64,000 nucleotides of DNA from Parvicellaceae bacterium (GTDB lineage Bacteria; Bacteroidota; Bacteroidia; Flavobacteriales_D; Parvicellaceae). The stretch covers positions 224,914 through 288,913 of the forward strand of contig CBDDKM010000002.1 of NCBI GenBank assembly GCA_965230225.1, written 5' to 3'. The notes below the pieces were generated by a model that worked only from the letters and a program-made list of their open reading frames with translations, made no database searches and was not told the origin of the DNA. Both the position numbers and the translations under genes were made by a program. Shown piece by piece: positions 59,372 through 64,000 of the stretch; the first letter of the stretch is position 1, and every line of letters starts with the position of its first letter.

Positions 59372-59989
59372 TTAGAATAATCGAATTATATCTTCCTCCG
59401 GTTGTAAAAAATGGGTTCTCAACCCTACTTTATTTGCTCCGGTTAAATGCTGTTCAGAATCATCTATAAAAAACGTTTCTGAGGCCAGTAATCCATTTTG
59501 TTGAAGTACGTACTCAAAACTATCTGCATTGGGCTTTCTGTACCCAATTTCCGAGGAATAGTAATGTTGCTCAAACAGATCGTTGAACAATTCTTTATAA
59601 TAGTCTCTTTCTACAATTTGATTAAACGCATCTATGTGTATGGTATTGGTATTGCTCAACAAGAAAATTCTATACTCCTTAGAAAGTCTCTTCAATAAAT
59701 CAACTCTGGCTGATGGTATTTGAAGCAACATGGCATTCCAGGCATCGTCGATTTGATCGTTAGTTGCATTTGGAATAAACTCTTTCATGTAATCTCTAAA
59801 TGCCTGTGGTTCTAACCTACCCGTTTCCAATCGGTCAAATACATCATTTTGTTTTGCCTGAGAATAAATATCATCAAAATTACTGGCTCCCAATTGCTTA
59901 AAAGCATCCGATGTTAATTGATAATCAATGTTTAAAATGACTCCTCCTAAATCGAAAATGATGTTTTTTATCCCAGTTAAATCAAGCAT
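59372..59989 (-). CDS. HAD-superfamily hydrolase (subfamily IA)
   Basis: IKNIIFDLGGVIL (DxG motif I), LLSNTN motif II and FIDDS motif IV. Confidence 0.7.
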   Translation of the reverse strand: MLDLTGIKNIIFDLGGVILNIDYQLTSDAFKQLGASNFDDIYSQAKQNDVFDRLETGRLEPQAFRDYMKEFIPNATNDQIDDAWNAMLLQIPSARVDLLKRLSKEYRIFLLSNTNTIHIDAFNQIVERDYYKELFNDLFEQHYYSSEIGYRKPNADSFEYVLQQNGLLASETFFIDDSEQHLTGANKVGLRTHFLQPEEDIIRLF

Positions 59990-60103
59990 TCCGGTTTTTT
60001 ATTGGTTTATTGAATACAAATATGTAAAATTGCAACCGCAAAACAATCAAATAATTTCCCATTGTAGAATTTGTTTTGCGCTCCTAGCAGCTTGCGCTGT
60101 TTA

Positions 60104-60153
60104 GGGCCTATACTCATCCCGAAAGCGTTCGGGAGGTTAGAGCACAGGGGGAA
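60104..60153 (+). pseudogene. tRNA-Met-like remnant (acceptor, D and part of anticodon region) with an 18-nt palindromic insertion in the D-loop
   Basis: GGGCCTATACTCA[TCCCGAAAGCGTTCGGGA]GGTTAGAGCACAGGGGG aligns to positions 1-27 plus GGGGG of the genuine tRNA 60 nt downstream. The insertion replaces GTT. Confidence 0.45.
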
Positions 60154-60210
60154 GAAAGAAATTAAACTCTTCTTTAGGAAGAGAACAAACACACTTAGCT
60201 TGATAGCTAA

Positions 60211-60284
60211 GGGCCTATAGCTCAGTTGGTTAGAGCACCTGACTCATAATCAGGGGGTCCCAGGTTCGAGCCCTGGTGGGCCCA
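60211..60284 (+). tRNA. tRNA-Met (anticodon CAU; could alternatively be the lysidine-modified tRNA-Ile2)
   Basis: GGGCCTA TA GCTC AGTTGGTTA GAGC A CCTGA CTCATAA TCAGG GGGTC CCAGG TTCGAGC CCTGG TGGGCCC A folds by hand. It closely resembles elongator tRNA-Met sequences. Confidence 0.85.
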
Positions 60285-60567
60285 CACACAAAAGTTCAAC
60301 AGCAATGTTGAACTTTTTTTATACACTTTATATTCCATTAAATAATTATATGGTCCCAGTCCCGATAGCTATCGGGACGAGCCCTGCCTGTCGACCGAAA
60401 TGAAATGTAGGTTGAGTGGGCCCACACACAAAAGTTCAACAGCAATGTTGAACTTTTTTTATACACTTTATATTCCATTAAGTAATTATATGGTCCCAGT
60501 CCCGATAGCTATCGGGACGAGCCCTGCCTGTCGGCCGAAATGAAATGTAGGTTGAGTGGGTCCACAT
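60276..60567 (+). repeat. two 140-bp tandem direct repeats (98.6% identical) plus a third partial copy
   Basis: Unit 1 is 60276-60415 and unit 2 is 60416-60555, differing at 2 positions, with a degenerate restart (gtgggtccaca) at 60556. Each unit starts with the tRNA 3' end GTGGGCCCACA. Each contains the hairpin gttcaac-agcaat-gttgaac + T7 and a T-arm-like segment GGTCCCAG[TCCCGATAGCTATCGGGA]CGAGCCCTG. Confidence 0.85.
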
Positions 60568-60640
60568 AATTGATACTGGATAATTCGTAATTTGTAAAGC
60601 AATTAAAATTAACCTGACCTAATTAGCTTAAGAAGATATC

Positions 60641-61519
60641 ATGAATTATAAAATTACGGCCTACTCAACAGCACTTTTCTCCACATGGATCAATGTTGAA
60701 GAACTGAACCTACTAATTGATGCTGGAGATGGATTAACGGCAGGATTACTCCAGAAATCACGAAAGATTAAAAATGTATTCATCACACATCCAGATAGAG
60801 ATCACTTGAATGGTTTACCTCAATTTGTCCAACTCAATTCAAGAGAAGGATTACCTAAAATTCATTACCCAAAAGATTCTGGGTCTTTTCCTGCCATGAA
60901 AAACTTTCTTGAAAAATTTGATCCTCATGTCTCATCCTGCTCTTGGATAGGTATTGAGGATAAATCCAGAATTGAAATAAAAAACAATATCGTAATTGAA
61001 GCAATACGTAATGAGCATGTAAAATGTCCTGTAGGAGTACACAAAAGTTTAAGCTACAAACTATATGAAGTAAAGAAAAAACTTAAGCCTGAATTTCAGG
61101 ATAAATCCAATAACGAGATTAAAGAAATCGTTGGTAAGTACGGTCGTGATTTTGCTACTGAACAGGTTGAATCTAATATTATATCATTTTCTGGAGATAC
61201 TCCAGTGGATGATTATTCGAAATGGGATGGCTCCAAAATACTTATTCATGAATCGACATTTCTGAAAAATGAAGGAGACTCACAAATTGAATCGAGAGGT
61301 AATAAACATAGTAGGATCGATGAAGTACTAAAAATGGTCAAAGACATTAATATTGAAACATTAATTCTAAATCATTTTTCAAGTCGATATAGCAAAATGG
61401 AAATTGATCACGCGGTGAGAAAACTTCTAGCAGAGTACAAAATTCAAATTCCAGTATTTCTTGTATATCCCGGTGAACTTCACAGAGATATTTTGAATAC
61501 AAGACCAATAAACGAATAG
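60641..61519 (+). CDS. MBL-fold metallo-hydrolase, ribonuclease Z (ElaC)-like
   Basis: HxHxDH-type motif (FITHPDRDHLNG), later ILIHESTF and a C-terminal LILNHFSSRY (the HFS motif of tRNase Z short forms). Confidence 0.5.
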   Translation: MNYKITAYSTALFSTWINVEELNLLIDAGDGLTAGLLQKSRKIKNVFITHPDRDHLNGLPQFVQLNSREGLPKIHYPKDSGSFPAMKNFLEKFDPHVSSCSWIGIEDKSRIEIKNNIVIEAIRNEHVKCPVGVHKSLSYKLYEVKKKLKPEFQDKSNNEIKEIVGKYGRDFATEQVESNIISFSGDTPVDDYSKWDGSKILIHESTFLKNEGDSQIESRGNKHSRIDEVLKMVKDINIETLILNHFSSRYSKMEIDHAVRKLLAEYKIQIPVFLVYPGELHRDILNTRPINE

Positions 61520-61586
61520 ATCCGATAGTAGACCGATATCCCATCTTTTCCCTATTTTTGATTAGCAAGAATCAAACATCAAAAAC

Positions 61587-61796
61587 ATGAAAACGTACAA
61601 AAAAGAAGATGTAGAAATCATCTGGAACTCTGAAAAATGTATCCATGCAGCATACTGCGCAAAAGGACTTCCGGCGGTATTTAAACCAAAAGAACGCCCA
61701 TGGATTCAAGTGGAAAATGCAACTAAAGAAGAGATTATTGATCAAGTACGTAAATGCCCTTCAGGTGCACTGTCTATTAAAGAAGAAAATAGTTAA
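61587..61796 (+). CDS. small (4Fe-4S)-binding protein of the divergent mono-cluster (Fer4_19-like) family
   Basis: WNSEKCIHAAYCAKGLPAVFKPKERPWI...VRKCPSGALS matches the C-x-H-x-x-x-C ... C-P-S-G-A-L pattern of this ~70-aa family. Confidence 0.6.
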   Translation: MKTYKKEDVEIIWNSEKCIHAAYCAKGLPAVFKPKERPWIQVENATKEEIIDQVRKCPSGALSIKEENS

Positions 61797-61816
61797 TTAC
61801 CAATCATAAGTATTGA

Positions 61817-61850
61817 ACAAAAAAGCCACTTGTAAATGCAAGTGGCTTCT
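61817..61850. terminator. rho-independent terminator (gccacttg-taaatg-caagtggc, A8 upstream)
   Basis: Perfect 8-bp stem. The U-run is good on the minus-strand transcript (gene 61874-63868) and weak on the plus side. Confidence 0.6.
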
Positions 61851-61873
61851 CTATCGCTTAATCAACTTGTAAA

Positions 61874-63868
61874 CTATAAACCAGATTTCATTACAAGTTG
61901 CGAATACCTCCTATTCTCTCCTAATATCGAAAGGATATAGGTTCCTGGCTGAAGATCAGGCATCAAATTCAGTGTCAAATTATCTTTTATATCCGAAAAG
62001 GTTTCTGAATGCACCAATTGCCCCAAAGTATTTCTCAATTCTACCTTCAACTCTTTACTTAAAAATAAATCAGTCCTTATATTAAGTTCAGACTCAAATG
62101 GATTTGGATAGGTATCAAATAAAGGAGCAATCCCACATCGTGCCAATATGGTTTTATACACGGTCTCATCCCCATTATAATCTATCTGTTTCAATCGGTA
62201 ATAATTAATATCTGTACCTGACTCATCTAAAAATCTATATTCCTTATGAGAGGTACTATTACCTGCACCATTTACTTTGAATATGGTATTCCAGTTATCT
62301 CCATCTGAAGATTTCTGTAATTCAAAGTAATCACTATTTATTTCTAGTTCTGTTTGCCACTTTACTTCTACTCCTTCATTAAAGCATTCTGCTGTAAAAT
62401 TGTTAAGTTCTACTGGCAAAGGTGTATTCGTAAAGTTGACAGACCCCAAGCTAAAATAAAAACCAGAAGCACCTGAAAAATCATGCTGAAACTCCACCAA
62501 ATTAGTGGTATTATCATATGTTGAAGGAGCTATGGATAATGCTCCTGAAGTAAATACCCCATCTGCATCCACCAGTAACCTTAAATGAGCTAAATCATTT
62601 GTTCCAACACCAGACACCCCAACAACACTACTCATGTCAAACTGTAGGGTAACCGTTCCCATTGTGCCTTCTTCCTGTACTTTCCAGGAACGTTGAAACA
62701 ATGATTGTATTCCCTCCGAATTTGTTGTGGAAAAGGTTGGTGGTGGCCACGTTCCGGCAAGGGGAGCATTGTTGTGCCCCCAAATTATACTTGATCTATT
62801 TGTACCAATAGCCGCAGGAGCTGAAAAGTGAGAACCATTGGCCATGGTAATAATATCATTATAGTTTCCACTTGTTTTATTCTCGCTACGAGACTTTCTC
62901 TGATCTAACACGGTATTATCATCTCTTCTGATCCCAGCTATATCATAATTGTATCCGGCATTAGCAGATTGATCCCAGATTACATCACTATTGCTTCCAA
63001 AATAATTAGTAGAAGTTCCATTGTTTCCCAGAGTTATACCATACTTAAGGGCAAGATAAGACTCAATTCTTCTCCCTCTCCCTGCACCAACCCCTGACTC
63101 AATAAATATCACTTCCATTATATCTCCATCAAAATTAGCTACATTACTTCCAGAACCATTTCTTCTTGCACCTATTTGAAGCCTACATGTAGAAGGTAAA
63201 TCAGCACTACCTCCCACAGCGGTAAAACCGCTTGATATTGACCCAGTAGACAGTAAATCATAACCTTTTGCAGAAAGATTATAATTCCCAAAATTAATTG
63301 ATCCAGTTGAAGCTCTTCCAGTAGCTAAAACTGGTTGTCCTGCGTTAGAATGGTTTAACTTTACACTTCCACCAACATTCGAACCAGATCCTGCTGAATG
63401 AACTCCATCAAAAATAAATACTAAAGAATTCTTCTTCCCTCCAAAACAAATGCTTTCGTTATAATATGCAGTATTGCCTCCTACATACAATACTGCCGTT
63501 TGAACATTCGAATTACTTTTAGCAACATAATAAAATGTTCTACCAGAGGATCCATTAAACGTAGCACTTCCTCTATTTAATACATCATTACCATCAAACC
63601 TGAGTGCCGGATTAAAATTGGCAACATCTTGAACCAAAAATGGTCTTTTACTTCCTGAAGAGGATTGATTAACTGAGTTTCCAGTAGAAGATTGATCTAC
63701 CCACGTAACCGCTTTACCGGCAGCATTTAGCGTAACTCCCTGATCTGCTTTCAACCAAACCTTAACGTTGCTTAAACTTCCCCCAGGGCCCTGAGTAAAT
63801 ATTAGTAGCGGAACACAGAAAATTAAGCTTATTATTACTGATAATACCCTAAATACATTTGTAGTCAT
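61874..63868 (-). CDS. large secreted protein with T9SS C-terminal sorting domain
   Basis: Signal peptide, a G/S/N-rich beta-type body and a C-terminal FDTYPNPFESELNIRTD...GTYILSILGENRRYSQLVMK typical of a type A CTD. Confidence 0.7.
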   Translation of the reverse strand: MTTNVFRVLSVIISLIFCVPLLIFTQGPGGSLSNVKVWLKADQGVTLNAAGKAVTWVDQSSTGNSVNQSSSGSKRPFLVQDVANFNPALRFDGNDVLNRGSATFNGSSGRTFYYVAKSNSNVQTAVLYVGGNTAYYNESICFGGKKNSLVFIFDGVHSAGSGSNVGGSVKLNHSNAGQPVLATGRASTGSINFGNYNLSAKGYDLLSTGSISSGFTAVGGSADLPSTCRLQIGARRNGSGSNVANFDGDIMEVIFIESGVGAGRGRRIESYLALKYGITLGNNGTSTNYFGSNSDVIWDQSANAGYNYDIAGIRRDDNTVLDQRKSRSENKTSGNYNDIITMANGSHFSAPAAIGTNRSSIIWGHNNAPLAGTWPPPTFSTTNSEGIQSLFQRSWKVQEEGTMGTVTLQFDMSSVVGVSGVGTNDLAHLRLLVDADGVFTSGALSIAPSTYDNTTNLVEFQHDFSGASGFYFSLGSVNFTNTPLPVELNNFTAECFNEGVEVKWQTELEINSDYFELQKSSDGDNWNTIFKVNGAGNSTSHKEYRFLDESGTDINYYRLKQIDYNGDETVYKTILARCGIAPLFDTYPNPFESELNIRTDLFLSKELKVELRNTLGQLVHSETFSDIKDNLTLNLMPDLQPGTYILSILGENRRYSQLVMKSGL

Positions 63869-64000
63869 AATTATTGTTTTAGATGAGTTGGTACAATATC
63901 AATTGAGCAATATTTTAATGAGTTTTGCTCGGTATTGACTACTTCTAAGTTCAGGGAAAAGGGTTGTTCCACCCTAATTGTAACGGCTATTACACTTATT

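Noticed and set aside
60007-60192. 61-aa minus-strand ORF
   Set aside because: It lies across the tRNA-Met-like remnant and the hairpin insertion. No start context is visible, and it is probably spurious.
60276-60567. Possible CRISPR array suggested by the regular direct repeats
   Set aside because: The repeats are 140 bp, contiguous with no unique spacers, and each includes a terminator and tRNA-like segments. No cas genes are present. It is a tandem tRNA-flank duplication, not CRISPR.

Overview
This 64-kb window reads as a Bacteroidota chromosome segment, probably a gliding, T9SS-bearing Flavobacteriia or Cytophagia-type organism. Supporting points are the Bacteroidota-specific genes (gldH, a PorZ-like two-propeller T9SS protein, four ORFs with T9SS C-terminal sorting domains, several 'two-component regulator propeller' sensors), the high AT content and the TAnnTTTG-type promoter motifs. 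Most of the window is core or housekeeping sequence: polA, holB followed by ricT (PSP1) and then gldH, cvpA, ppa, rseP, ferritin, a chromate transporter, a phosphate porin next to a Na/Pi cotransporter, a COG0523 GTPase, ABC transporter components, and LytTR and OmpR two-component regulators. The unusual material clusters in five places.

- **tRNA-Arg locus (19.76-20.23 kb, minus strand).** A free-standing GIY-YIG mini-ORF sits between the complete tRNA and truncated copies of the same tRNA, one of which carries a hairpin insertion. An LRR protein and an SUKH-type immunity-like gene lie beside it.
- **tRNA-Met locus (60.1-60.57 kb).** The tRNA is embedded in tRNA-like remnants that each carry an 18-nt palindromic insertion (TCCCGA..TCGGGA). 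Downstream are two near-identical 140-bp tandem units, each starting with the tRNA 3' end and containing its own rho-independent terminator.
- **Co-directional seven-gene array (27.2-36.7 kb, minus strand).** The order is DUF4154 (YfiR-like), TPR lipoprotein, HAMP-PP2C phosphatase, NfeD, flotillin, and a 1323-aa propeller/Y_Y_Y sensor fused to a class III nucleotidyl cyclase and a C-terminal HD phosphohydrolase. This is my best candidate for an undescribed membrane-microdomain and second-messenger signalling system.
- **Secreted poly-lysine protein (36.85-37.3 kb).** A 152-aa ORF with a signal peptide and an extremely lysine-rich body lies between the DUF4154 gene and ferritin. The ricT gene also ends in a long polybasic K/Q/G-rich tail.
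- **ORF-track artefacts.** Several starts in the track look wrong: gldH begins at a GTG overlapping the ricT stop, while the chrA, LytTR, OmpR, rseP and PorZ-like genes begin at internal ATGs.

No CRISPR array, integrase, transposase or rRNA is visible. All calls rest on motif recognition by eye; no searches were run.
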